From: Octopus sinensis
Taxonomy: Eukaryota
Assembly (NCBI RefSeq): GCF_006345805.1
Contig: NC_042997.1
Location: forward strand, 92,814,001 to 92,878,000
Direction: 5' to 3'
DNA length: 64,000 nucleotides
Within the stretch, counting starts at the first letter, position 1, and every line of letters starts with the position of its first letter. Below, piece by piece: positions 36,909-49,974 of this stretch. A program made the translations under genes and the position numbers. Below the pieces are notes generated by a model. That model had not been told where the DNA came from. It was given only the letters and a program-made list of their open reading frames with translations, and searched no databases.

Positions 36909-37564
36909 CATACATATATGATCTTTTTCGTTGCTATATTTTTTATTAGTTAAAATTTCTTGGACTCACTACAATAAGTACATAAGCACACACTCTCCTA
37001 TTTATTTTTTTCATTCAGGTAGTACCCCATGGTAGTCTCTCCCTACATCATTCTTCTAAGTTTGTTAAAAGCTACTTTTAAGAACAAAAGAAAAACTGCA
37101 TCAATGAAAGGAACACAATGAGTTGAAATGTATTCCCACTAAAGTATTTTTGTTGTTATTTCTAATTGTTTGATCTGGAGGAGGGAGCTATGCCCATGCT
37201 ACTCTCAAGGGATCTGAAGATGGTGAAAGTGAAACCACACATATTCATTTTGAACAGCTGAAAGTTGACAAATAAAAGACACACAGGGACAGGGAAGAAA
37301 TTTCAGAGGTGTGAAGTTTTACAGAGAAAGGACTGGCAAAATAGCTCGGTTGCACATGATACAGGTGACAAGAGGAGAAAAGAGACGGCACATCTGTGAC
37401 CTAGATTAGAAAGTGCTAGTATGTGTGACTTCATCTTAATCAGTTGGGAAGCATTTTTTAGATACCAACTAAGATGTCTGTATTTTTAACAGCAACATCA
37501 AAGCAAATAAGGGAATGTTCATTGTGGTTCTCATTCCCTTTATGCTCCGCTTAATAAATTTTAA

Positions 37565-37913
37565 TCAACAATAATTGGCACTATCTTCATGTTTTTCATC
37601 TTCCACAGTCAGGTTATCTCATATGTAAGAGGTTTGTATATGCCACCTTTCTTACCTTCCTTCTTAACTATTTGTAGGCCAAATAGGCATACAACTATAT
37701 CATAGTTGTATGCCATTATCAATAATAGAATGCAAGTGGTTTACTCTGTCCACTACCACTAGGCCTGGTTTGTTGTGCTCGGTCTGTTTGAATTGGGAAA
37801 TTCCACAGGATTTTGCAAGTCTCCAATTAAGTAACTCTCTGTGGCTTGTGGTCATACCATGTCTTACCTCTCTCTAACACCTGCTTTTCACATAGTTGCC
37901 AATGCAGAACCTT
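37565..37913 (-). mobile_element. R4/Dong-like non-LTR fragment (restriction-like endonuclease domain)
   Basis: KVLHWQLCEK...WYDHKPQRV...KILWNFPIQTD...(RP)GLVVVDR...IIDMA...KKEGKK..Y..L.YEI..LWKMK.MKIVPII, the RLE C-terminal signature of R4-clade elements. Confidence 0.78.
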
Positions 37914-37959
37914 TGCTACCTTATCATGCTGCCACTACTTATACTGATTTCGGGCAAGT

Positions 37960-38170
37960 CCTGGATAACCTGCTGGCAGAATCTTTAGCATGCTAGGCAA
38001 AATGCTTAACAGCATTTCATCAGTCCATTACATACTGAGTTTAGATGTTGCCAAGGTTAACTTCACCTTTCAGTGTCAATAAAATAAGTACAAGTTGAGC
38101 TGTGGAGTTGATGTAATTGACTTAAACCTTCCCCCACTCTTGCTGGCCTTGTGTCAAAATTTGAAATCAC
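37960..38170 (+). mobile_element. Meta-domain-like SINE (degraded)
   Basis: ctgctggcagaatctttagcatgctagg head, aaataagtacaagttg. Confidence 0.65.
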
Positions 38171-38539
38171 TATTATTATAATACTAGCATAGGTGGAAAA
38201 TGGTTTTAATCTATTTTCTATTTTCATTTATCAATTGCATTTTGCATCTTGATATTAACGATGACTTGACTGAGTAGTACTAGAAAAACTTGTTAGTCAG
38301 GTACATTAAACCAAATAGAGGTGTATGCTTTCTTCTGAAGCACAATATAATGACTACAGAAAGATTTGATATTGTGATCACAAGTTACTAACTATTCTAT
38401 TATCTTAGCTTCACAGATCGTTGTAGTCACTGGACATTAAAACAATACATATCTATCACTAGCTTGGTTGCATAGCTTTTGCTTTCTCATGTCATGTACA
38501 GAAGTGTATGACTGACAATTTAGATGTTTCTTTTTCAGC

Positions 38540-38900
38540 AGGAATAGTTTTGTGGTTAAGAAGTTTACTCTGCAAGATGGTTTTGGGTTCAGTCTACTTT
38601 GCAGCACCTTGGGCAAATCTTCCCTTCCTACAGCTGTGAGCTGCCCAGTGCCTTGTGAGTGAATTCAGTAGAAGGAAATTGTGTGGAAATGCATGTGTAT
38701 GTGTGTGTGTATGCGTATTTGTCCTCTTACTTCCTGAGAACCAATGTTGGTTTGTTTACATCTACATAACAAATAGTTCAGCAAAAAGAGAATGACGGAA
38801 TAAATACCAGACTTAAATAAGTACTGGAGTTAATTTGTTTTGACTAAACCTTTCAAGATGGTACCATGGTGCCTAAGCATGAGTGCAGTCCAGTGAGTGA
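38540..38900 (+). mobile_element. Older tRNA-derived SINE, tail type A
   Basis: gtggttaagaagtttact...gcaccttgggcaaat...gccttgtgagtgaattcagtag. Confidence 0.7.
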
Positions 38901-39200
38901 ATTAAAAGAAAATTTTATTTTCATACAAAATACAGCAAGCTTTTAACTACCATCAAAACATTACGTTAAATCTTTAATAAAGAACAGAATAAATCTATCT
39001 CATCATAACTGTTTATAATTTCTACTAATCAATAATATTGTTCTGAACGACTTTCTTCTGGTAAAATTGCTTATATATTTTGTGATGAGCAATTTCATCT
39101 CTGCTCCTAAGTCCATGAAATGACATGCTCATAATATTACATCTCATGCAAAAAGTTGACATCTGAACTGTGAGACACTTTAAAATATTATTAGACAACA

Positions 39201-39412
39201 AAGCTGTGAGCTGGCAGAAACGTTAGCATGCCAGGCGAAATGCTTAGCGGTATTTTGTTTGTCTTTATGTTCTGAGTTCAAATTCTGCCAAGGCTGACTT
39301 TGCCTTTCATCCTTTTGGGGTTGATAAATTAAGTACCAGTTGTGTACTGGGTTGATCTAATTGACTGGCCACCTCCCCAAAAATTTCAGGCCTTGTGCCT
39401 AGAGTAGAAAAG
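39201..39412 (+). mobile_element. Meta-domain-like SINE, full length with 17-bp TSD
   Basis: gagctggcagaaacgttagcatgccagg head, gactttgcctttcatccttttggggttgataaattaagtacc core. Flanked by direct repeat aatattattagacaaca (39184-39200 and 39413-39429). Confidence 0.9.
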
Positions 39413-39689
39413 AATATTATTAGACAACACTATCTAAAGCAACTATCCTTACCATAGACAGAAAACTATACACTATCTTTAGTAAAACATTATTTCTGTA
39501 GGTTCTGAGTTTTTGTTCACAGGCTCGAAGTAAAATTTATAAGACTGGTGCATGTCATTACTCCATTGCATGCAATTAGTAAAAGGTGTGTTGTAGACAA
39601 AAACAAAACCAATTGAAAATACACTCTCATTATAATTTCTAAACATATTTGAGAAACTGTCCACCAACTGAAAATTTCCATAATATTGA

Positions 39690-39875
39690 TTTAAAATTTT
39701 GGTACAAGGCCAGCAATTTCAGGGGATTACATCAACCCCAGAGTTCAATTGGTACTTATTTTATTGACCCAGAAAAGATGAAAGACAAAGCTGACCTCAG
39801 AATGTAAAGACAGATGAAATGCTGCAAAGCATTTTGTCCAGCATGCTAATGATTCTCCCACCTCACTGCCTTTGA
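39690..39875 (-). mobile_element. Meta-domain-like SINE
   Basis: ggtacttattttattgacccagaaaagatgaaagacaaagctgacc core. Confidence 0.75.
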
Positions 39876-40339
39876 AAATTTTCATAATATTGCTTGTTCC
39901 AGAGCCCAGAAGAAACCCTGATACAGCAGACATGATAAAAGCATTCTAACTTTGACCATCTCCACTTCTTCCTTGGCATAATATATCTATCTAGGAGTAT
40001 AGTATTTAATGTGTCTTTCTTTTTAAGATAATATACTGTTAATTGAAGAAAATTTGGCTACAATCTTTAGCAAGCCAAGTGAAAAGCAATGTTATTTAGA
40101 AATGAGGGAGAGCAATATTTTGGTCATCTACTCATTTGTTCAATGTAAACATATATTAAAATCCATCTCAAATGTACTCAAATGATTACAAAGCCAAATT
40201 TTGATTGGAAAAAGATAAATAATTACTGTTTTAATTTCCTTTTGTTTGACTTAATCTCACACAAGAGGAATGCTGATTGAAAAACATAATTAATTTTTTA
40301 ACTAGATATTTTCTTTTCATCAAATGTATACTTTAGTTG

Positions 40340-40560
40340 TTATTTAACCCTGAGTCAACCCTAACCAAGTTAACCTAAGATCAATGTCATTCTGGCTATG
40401 GCCATCTTATCTTTGTTTGTGAAACAGTATATCTTGGATCAGATTATCTACTGTATTATTCTTTCTTTGCTTTCTTTTTACGATGATAGAGTGTGATATA
40501 AAGGAGATTTGGCAGCTACTTCTAAGAGGTCAAGCAATCACATAAAAGTACCTTTTTTGG
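40340..40560 (+). repeat. Unclassified interspersed repeat (related copies at about 6120-6270 and 28370-28545)
   Basis: Shared cag/ctatatctaggaca...gatttggcagctacttctag(c/a)aggt segment seen three times in the window. Confidence 0.45.
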
Positions 40561-41157
40561 TTCAAATGTATACTTATGAATTTTGTTGTATCGTGTTAGG
40601 GTCATTATGCCAATAATAAACACGTTAACTGATCCACTGCTTTATTATTAGTCAATTGGTTAATCATTTAGCCAATCAATTAATCAATCAGTTGGTTAAA
40701 CACTCAATCAGATACCTGCCAATGTACTTTTGACACCATTCACAAACTCATCAATGACATGTCCTCCAGATCTGCTTTAAATCTGACTAACTGTTTAACC
40801 AAGAAATTAAATCGCTTGTTTGGTTAAATAACTAATCAACTAATAATAAAGAAGCAAAATTGTATGGACATGTGGGTGTGTGTTTATTACTGGTATAACG
40901 AGCCCCCACCCAAGTTACAACAAAATTTGTTTTAACACACAGGTTCACATCAAGAGTCTTACAAAGCAAATACAAAAACAAAAAATACTAACGTAGCTAA
41001 CTAAAATTTGGGTAAAAAAAACAAACAAGAAAAACTATCTGCAACACTAACAGAGAGAGGTTATTAAAGTTTATGGAAATAAATAATATGGTTGAGTGGG
41101 CAAACGAAAAAAAGGGCACAACACATTTATTGGGAGTTATATGTGTTATTCAAAATG

Positions 41158-41300
41158 GTTTGATTCGGATTCCATGCTACTTCAAGTTTCACAAACCCCT
41201 AATGGAGCCAGTCTCCTCAAGCTGGTATCCCACCAACTTGAGGAAACTGGCTCCATTAGGGGTTTGTGAAGCTTGAAGTAGCATGGAATCCAAATCAAAC
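41158..41300. repeat. 64-bp-stem hairpin with 15-nt loop
   Basis: 41158-41221 pairs with 41237-41300, 3 mismatches. Confidence 0.92.
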
Positions 41301-43093
41301 TGCTTAGAAGTAAATAACATCAAGGTATCATTTAGCAAACAAATTTTCTGCCTGAAAGACAATCATTATCTCTTTCACCATGTTATGTCTGTTTTTACTA
41401 TACAGGGTGGGTTGGACAGATCTCGCTATTTCACCAGCCAGTACAGACCATCTTATTTCTTGCCATGGTCTTTTATCCCTACCTACTACAGTCTTTCATC
41501 TCAACATCTGCTGTGATCTTTCGCTTTGGTATTCACTGCAGTCCTTCCTCTCCTCATCCAATGCAATCCTTTGTCTCATATTCCTTTAAGTCATTCATGG
41601 ACACTGTTTTATCACATGACACACAAAACTCTGTTGTAGAGTACATGTTGTAGTATGGGGTGGGTGCATATTATTGGACACCACCTCAAGAAAGGTTGCC
41701 TGCTACTAATCTAAGGAATCTCCTCTATGCTGGTCATTACCTTTTTATGAAATAGTCAAACTGAGGATAAAAAAGACTGACCTAATGTCCGCTTTCTGCT
41801 GCACCAAGGTCATATGATTGTTTTTCTTATAAGGATGAATGTTTGAATTTTAGCATTTTTATTGCATTTTGGATTATGTGAACCCAAATATTATTTTAAA
41901 TGTGTCCATGTGAAATTGAATTATTTATGTACTAAAGATACTTATTAACTATACATTCATAATTTCCTTTTACAATTTCCTACACAACATTTCTGCCAGA
42001 TGGATTGTGCTGAAAGGCTCGCATATTACAAGAAGTTAAAAAAGGACAAAAGAGCAGCTCAAAACATGGCAAATTATCGAAAGAAGAAATATTACAAAAG
42101 CAAAGAGCAAGAATACACAGAGAAAAGGGATGCAGAGAAAGAGGATACCATGAAAAGGAGAGGTAGACTAACAAAGGAAGATATCAAGAATGAAGCAAAG
42201 AAGGCAAAAAGGGAGCAAAATGCTCGATATCAAGCAAAGTGCAAAGAACAACAGGCTTCTCATGAGAAGAAGATGATGATGAACTGATAGAGAGTGGCTA
42301 GGCATAGAGCAAAGTAGAGGGAAGCAAAGGAAACATGTCAGGAAAAAGATGGCCAAGTTATGAACTTATCCCCAGCACACCTAGGATATCAACTTATGTC
42401 AACATAAATCTCAAAATTCATTACTGTATCTATGTTTAGACATGTGAGAATGGAACCAAAGTTGTTTACACTATGTGCACAGATATGAATACATAAGGCC
42501 AAACTGTTAACAGAAATTTTTGATGAAAAATACATATCTTCTAACATATCAGTCCTAATTTCATAAAATGTCTTCATAATGGCCAACATACATATGCTAT
42601 TAATTCTTGAAAGTTTCAACTCTTAACTCTTGCGAAAGCAAAATATTATAGAATATATGAAAGTGCTTTAATATCAATTCAAAGTAATGCCTTCAAAATT
42701 GAGAATCTAATTTGATTAAATAAAATATGAGATTAATTCATATTTCATATGTTATGGTTATGTACTAACAGTGAATGAAAAGGTATTTATCAGGAATATT
42801 TACAAGCAATTTAAGAAGAAAAAAAAATTTCTCCTTTTTTTTATGATTTTTTTTTCAATATATTCAGGAATTTTTATGTAATTTGATACCCCTAATTAGA
42901 ATGCTAATTTATGTGCATTTTGATCAAGAATTTAAAACTTCTTTTACATCAAATGAAAATTTGTATACTCAACTACAATAAACAGCAAAAAAAAAAAAAA
43001 GCATTTTCACCAAGTTTTTTTCATTTTGCTTGTTACGCATTTGGGTACACTGATTGTGTAATTTACATTAATGTAAATGTTATCAGTCGCACA

Positions 43094-43431
43094 TACATGG
43101 AAAAATGTGAGCATGAAAAGTGTTTATTCTCAAGATTATAAACCTGGAAAAGTACAGGACAAGTTATTACACTTGTAGTAAATTAGTAAGGTAGTAAATT
43201 AGCCAAATTCTTCTTAAATAAGTAGTGTTATTTACAAACTATAGTAAAATAAGTTTTAAGATTCAAATTTTAATTTTAGTGGCAACATTTTAAGTAAAAA
43301 GTTTCTTATTCTTTACTTTACTAGAAGTAATAGCTTGTCCTATACTTTTACAGGTGTAATAACTTGTCCTGTACTTTTCCAGGTTTATAATCTTAAGAAT
43401 ATTACTTTTCATGCTTACATTTTTCCATGTA
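43094..43431. mobile_element. MITE with long (~85 bp) TIRs
   Basis: Perfect 36-bp core (43137-43172 and 43354-43389), extending imperfectly outward to tacatgg/ccatgta. Confidence 0.8.
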
Positions 43432-44198
43432 ATCCGTCAATTAATAATCTAAGATTTTACCTTATAAAAATATTGAAAGATATTTCAATTTTTTTTATGT
43501 TTAATTCAAATATATGTTGTGATTGAATTATTTGATATTACCCATCCAAACCAAATTAATGGCAGGGATTTTTACCATGATGTTGGTTGCATCATGGCTC
43601 ACCAAAAGTTACAGACAACATATTCTTTATTCTTATTTACAAACAATATATTCTTTATTCTTATTGCCGAAGCATTAATCCCTTACTTACTGACATAAAA
43701 TTTTGCAACATTTTACCTCATAACTCTTTTTCTACTAATTTTTGTTCAATGAGACTAGCGATTCTGAATTCCTCATGCATTTTTCTACCATTTAAGCCAA
43801 AGAAAAGTATATTTTTAATATAAGATTAAAAAAACTTATGCTAATTGAAGATGAATATCTGCTTTGCTGCCTACCCCCCTTGAAGTCGCAGATATTTTGA
43901 TGTAACTTTTTTTCTACAGAATCAAATCTCAAACTATTTATGCCAAAGTGTAGCTGAAGAGGTGTCCTTTTTAAAACTATTAACAGTTGGCAATTTAGTT
44001 GAGAACTGAATTAGTTGTGAAGCTTAGAAGCTGCTGTGATTGACGAAATGGTGGACTTAAGAATATATCCAACCACTCGTTTCACATTGGCAAAAGTGAT
44101 TCTGATAGTGTTTATTTCGATTGACAAAGTTTTGTTTGAGATGAGATATGTGAATCTGAATTTAAAGGTTAAAAACCGCAAAAACTTTGTTGACAAAC

Positions 44199-44229
<31 letters not shown>

Positions 44230-44235
<6 letters not shown>

Positions 44236-44629
44236 ATAAACGTGAAATTCTGTCTGTCCAGCTGTTGGGGACCCCTGAATCTCAGTCTACATTTGTTCTA
44301 CATAGACATACAATTCCTTTTTGGGATCAGGATGATCCCAGGATTGAGAATCTACCCTTCATTTGGCTCTTGAACATCCAGCACTGGGATCAGGTCTGGA
44401 TGAGGATTTGTTATATGGTAATAGTTGAAGATTCAAATTTTAAAAGAACTCAAAAAAATTGTGAACTTAAAATTTTTTTCATTTAACTGAATTTAAAGCA
44501 ATACCATACTGGTAGAGTACCAATAAATATTTTATTATTACTGCTTTCTTCAGTTTTGGGCCATAGTCCCAATTAGCCCTTTGCAGAAGCTAGCTTAAAA
44601 GTCCGCATGAAGTGCGGCTTTTAAGTTAG
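44230..44629 (+). mobile_element. Probable non-autonomous Helitron
   Basis: 5' (TA)n-taataaacgtgaaattctgtctgtc start, 3' hairpin ccgca-tgaag-tgcgg then TTAG|T (CTAG-like). Confidence 0.5.
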
Positions 44630-45644
44630 TATGTACATATATTACAAATATACACACATATAACTGGAAGTCTTTTAACTAGCCCAGGTTTGCTAAATGA
44701 GGGGTCTGATTCCAGGATGTTAAACCACAAAAAAGAAAGAAAGAAAGAAAAAAAGACCACAATAAGTAATTCATAAAAGCACAAATAATGATGATATACA
44801 TATGTATTTACACCTCAGATGAAGAGATGAATTAATACAACGTAATTCGTATAATCTTATCTTTGTTGGAGATATCAGAAAGAAAATGAGAAATGTAGAC
44901 AGTTAAGAGAGTAATTTCTTATCTAACAACTTCATTTCTCATTATCTTGTAAAAACACATATTTCAAGTCATGTCACCAACTGCTTGCTCTATTTCAGTG
45001 TGAACATGCATTGGATAAATCAATAGAGTGCAGAGTAACTGATCAATCAATAAAAAGATGTCAGTAATAACATCTATGGATTTTGTAGCCACCAGTAGAT
45101 CGATTGTAAATTTAAAAAATTCATTTACTGTTAGAGCAACTATCTTTTTATAGCCAGATGACCTTCTCTTGCTAACTACTCAACCATAAAAAACAAGAAT
45201 AGAGCCTGTAATCACTTATGTAGAATTAAGATATGTATGTATGTATATGTAGACAGAGACGCACAGATGTGAGGTGCAGTTTAGTTTAAAAGAGCTTAAT
45301 CTATTGGGGTAGAGGTAGGAGCAACAAAGAGAAGAAACAGTATATCTTGTCAGCTGGTGGTTGCACCATAAAATTGTACAGATATGCTTTTACTAATAAT
45401 ATGAATTTCTTTTGATATCAGTTAGAGTTTAGCCCAGACGTGAAGGATGTTTTTGTTTCTTTTTTTTTTTAAACTTGAAGGGTGCATTGAATTAAATGTG
45501 ATCAAAGAAAACCTCATAAAAGAAAATGACAATTAAGTATATAGGAAAATAAATCTACATCTATTTAAAAATGTAATTATTTAAGTTAGAAACAGAAATA
45601 TAAGCTGATCTTTTAATGACAAATTTTATGAAGCAAATATATTT

Positions 45645-46010
45645 TATCTTTTACTTATTTCAATCATTGAATTGTGACTAAATTGGTCATGGGTTTAGTC
45701 AAACAAATTGATGCTAAAACTTATTTTTTTATACCTGGTACTTATTCTATCAATCTCATTCACAAATAACTAAATTATGGGGATGTAAACAGACTAACAC
45801 CAGTTGTCAAGTGGTGGTGGGGGGACAAACATGAGTAATAATATATATGATGGGCCTCTTCCAGTTTCTGTCTGCCAAATTCACTTACAAGGCTTTGGTC
45901 AGCATGGGATTATAGTAGATACTTGCTCAAGATGCTATGCAGTGGGACTGAGCCCAAGGCTACGTGGTTGGGAAACAAGCTCCTTATTCAAACAGCTATG
46001 TCTGTGCCTA
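45645..46010 (-). mobile_element. tRNA-derived SINE, tail type A
   Basis: Reverse complement of family head and tail. Confidence 0.75.
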
Positions 46011-46055
46011 AAATAGTGGCCGCTCTAAGTACTCTAATAGTATTTTAATTATATT

Positions 46056-47251
46056 TTAGGTGAATTTCAACATACTTAATAATTGATGTATGCTCTTTAT
46101 TAATTTCCTACTTTTTTCAGACAGAAAACATTCTTGAAGCATAGGCACCCCATAATTATGAACATGACAAAAAAGGACCATTGCTTACTTTTCTTGCATG
46201 AGTTCAAGCTTGGGCACAATGCCTCCCAAACTGCTGCCAATATCAACAGAGCATGGGGAGAGGGGTCCACAAGTGATTGCACAGTATGAAGGTGGTTTCA
46301 GAAATTCCGTGGTGGTGATGAGAGTCTTGAAGATGAAGAAGGTAGAGGATGGTCATGCAGTCTTGACAATGAACAACTGAAAGCAATTGTTGAACAAAAC
46401 CCCGAGTCAAAGTGTCAGAGAAATGTCTCAGGCACTTGGTGTCAGTATTGCAATGGTCTCATGCAATCTACAGAAGATTAGTATGGTGAAAAAGCTCAAT
46501 AAAAGGATACCACATGAGCTCAATGAAAATCAAAAGGTTTGGTGTTTTGAAGTGTGCTCAAAGTTCTTTCTGCAAAATACCAAAGCTCCTTTCCTTGACC
46601 GAATAGTCACTTGTGACGAAAAGTGGATCCTTTATGATAACCATAAACAATCAAGTCAATGGCTTGACTGTGATGAGCCCCCCAAACATTTCCCAAAGCC
46701 AAAGTTGCATCAGCAAAAGATTATGATCTGTCTGGTAGTCTGCAATTGGTGTTGTCCATTACAGCTTTCTGGAAGCCAATCAGAGCATTACAGCCAAGGT
46801 TTGCTGCAATCAACTCACTGAAATGCATGCTCACTTGCAAAAAATGAGACCTACATTGGTGAATTGGCATGACCCAATTCTGCTCCATGATAATGCAAAG
46901 CCACATATTACAAGAATGATGCTGCTGAAACTCACAGATTTGGGATATGAGACTTTACCACATTCTCCATATCTTTCACCCACTGACTACCATTTTTTTA
47001 AGCATTCAAACATGTTTATAAGTGATATAATTTTCAGGTCCAAACCAGAGGTGGAATCAGCTTTCAAAGATTTCTTAGCATCAAAGCCAATAAGTTTTTA
47101 TCAACAAGGCAGAAATAATCTTGTTGATCGATGGCAGAGATGCATAGATGTCCATGGCTCATACATTGACTAATCAAAACATTTTTGTTGTTAATTTTGC
47201 CAGAATACAATTATGTTGCTGAAATTGGCCATTAGTTTTGGAACAACCTAA
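46056..47251 (+). mobile_element. Near full-length defective mariner (Hsmar1/cecropia-like)
   Basis: Transposase relic 46158-47173: LHEFKLG, RWFQKF, VTCDEKW, HDNAKPH, SPTDYHFFK, RWQRCID..GSY. One stop, one frameshift, SPD deletion. Right TIR ...ttttggaacaacctaa followed by TA. Left TIR degraded. Confidence 0.95.
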
Positions 47252-47454
47252 TAGTATGCCAGCAACAAAAATATTTCTAATTCAAAATCTAAAACTTCTT
47301 CCTGAAGGCCCATCAGTTCCTTCTATCCTAAGTCAATAGAATATCTGAGGAAAGGTTAAAGACTACACATGTCACAATAAACAAGGTGATACAACCATAA
47401 CAGATAGGCCATTAATGGACACATTGTCACAATCTAATGCCACTGAAGATAAGC

Positions 47455-47700
47455 ATAAAGGCACATGGCTTAGTGGTTAGGCAGTTGCATTCACAGATAC
47501 CAAATCATGCTCTCTATTCCCAGATAGGGTAGTGCATTGTATTCTTGAGTGAAACACTTCATTTCACATTGCTCCAGTTCACTCAGTTGTAAATGAATAA
47601 CCTTGTGGTAGACTGGTGTTCTGTTCAAGGGGTATGTCATGATGTTGGTCTATTAGATGCCATGGAAGCCAAGTAACCAGCCCTATGTGTCCTAGTACTC
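47455..47700 (+). mobile_element. tRNA-derived SINE
   Basis: gcacatggcttagtggttaggcagttgcattcac head, gtagactggtgttctgttcaaggg segment like the 61030 copy. Confidence 0.65.
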
Positions 47701-49755
47701 GAGACGGTAACATCCAAGAGGACTTATTGACTTACTAAAGCTAAACCATACAACCAAGAACAAAACAAATGATAAAAACTATCATAACACAATCAATGAA
47801 AACAAAGGCTGTTATAAATGTATCAATCAAGTGACCTCAACATAGTATACTTACAGCTGTCAAATTTCTACCTTTGAAATGAACAGTTTTAAATCCTTAG
47901 TCTTAGGACAAGAAACTCTTCAATTAAATCATAATTTAATTGTTTGATCTGTGTACAACAAATATTTTCGAATAGCTACCTGTGACATCAAGTAACACCA
48001 GCAGGTATACTTAGCAATAACAACAATAACAAAAGTCATAATTGGTTAGGAAACAACCCAACCCATTTTAAAAAGGAGATTTCACTTAATTTCTTGATTG
48101 TGAATGTTGTACATACACTTTAGAAGGAACGAGGCACAGGAAAATCATTATGTATTTACAACTGATTAAATATAACTTTATTTATTTAATTGCATCGACA
48201 TCATTATTTTTATTGACAGAAATATTATTACTCTGAAGCTCAGCAGTTTGACAAATAGAGTAAAATGAAAATAAATAATAGATTGAAATAAGTAAGTACT
48301 GGGTGTTGACATGATTAACAAAACCCTTAAAGGCACTACCTCAGCATGTATTGCAGTCTAATGACAAAAACCAATAAAAGAATAAATCAAGTCCCAGTGA
48401 AACACTGGGGTCAATGAAATTGACTTTTCCCCTTCTTCAAAATTGCTGTCCTTGTGGCAAAATTTGAAACCATAATTATTACTATTTTTTAAATTTTTCT
48501 GAACATTTTGTTCCCTAGTTTATTAAATATTAATTAAAACTATGAGAACTTGTTAAGTCACACATCATAAACATTTTGACTCTAAAAAAAAAAAAAAAAT
48601 GGCACAGACATACACACAGAGCACATACCAGAAGAGGAAAATAGTTAAGTTAAACATTGACATTATGGCACTTCAACAAATATTAGACAAAACATATAGC
48701 AAGACAATAACAGCAGACAGACAGGTCAGCAGGTAAATTATATAGTGACCGCTAACTGACATTGGCTACTTCCCAGACACAGGGACATGATGAGCTCTCA
48801 AAAAATAGACATGAACTTCTAGAAATAAATATCAGCATGCTATGGTTATATCAGAGACGTAGACATAAGCTCAAAATAACAAATAAATACATAAAATACT
48901 TGGTGCTATGACCATAGGTTATACACTAAGACAACAATAGAAAGTCACAAGGTTATTTTATTTTCAAGGATCAGGTGAGTTTGATTAGACATATGATAAT
49001 ATTTTCTACCCCTTCAAAACACACACACTCATAGCTGAACATATATAATGATAATACTGGTGTCTCTCTAGACAAAGTATCATTTTAATATAACTATGAA
49101 ATCAGCCATTGAAATTAGCCCAAGATAGGAGAATAAGGCAATCAATTAACACCTAACCCAATATTTAGTCACTGAGGCCTTTAAAGAAACAAATATTTTG
49201 AGTGACTAAAAAAAATATATTGTGAGTTATGCTAAGTCCAATTACATGTCATCTGCACGACAAATCACAATATAAGTATATAAACATGGCTATTATTATA
49301 ACTTGCATATTGAGTGGTCATCTTTGTATGTAAATACATTTTATATACAGTACTGAATCTACTACTTATGTAAACAAACATTAATGCTTTAAGCATGTCA
49401 ACTTGAACTCTGTATTGAGAGTCCTTACTTGCAACTGTATTGTTTCTTCTATTTTTGTATCTACATTCTATTTATGTATGTTAGTATATAAAAATATTTC
49501 CTTTCATTACACAGTATCATCAAGGTTTAGTGTTTATTTCACATCCTACATCAGTTTCCTGGGACCAAAACTGACCTCTTATGAATGTCAAACATATACA
49601 CCTACTCAGTCTGATCTTTACAAGTGATGCTATTTATTCTAAACATAAACAAAAGGTGCATATTGGTATACAGTGAGATGAGGCAGAAACTAACATTTCA
49701 AGTAGGTTTCCATCAACAAAAGAAAGTAGATTCTACTTGTTCTAGCCTTGTCTAA

Positions 49756-49928
49756 TCCTTAAGCATTCAGATTGCTCTGTCAGATGTAATGCTTACTTAT
49801 TCATATTGGTTTCAATTAATGATGCATTATCTTGTAGCTTTGAGATTTCAATGAAGTCAACTATCTTTCGGATGACATTGTAGGGTAGGTGTGAGAGGCT
49901 GGATGCGGCCAGTTTAAATGCTGATGGG
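49756..49928 (+). mobile_element. piggyBac-type MITE family A, degraded
   Basis: agcattcagattgctctgtcagatgtaatgc...ggtgtgagaggctgg...aaatgctgatggg. Confidence 0.7.
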
Positions 49929-49974
49929 CTAGTGATTAATTAATCATTTTAATCAATAAGAGCAGGCAGAATCA

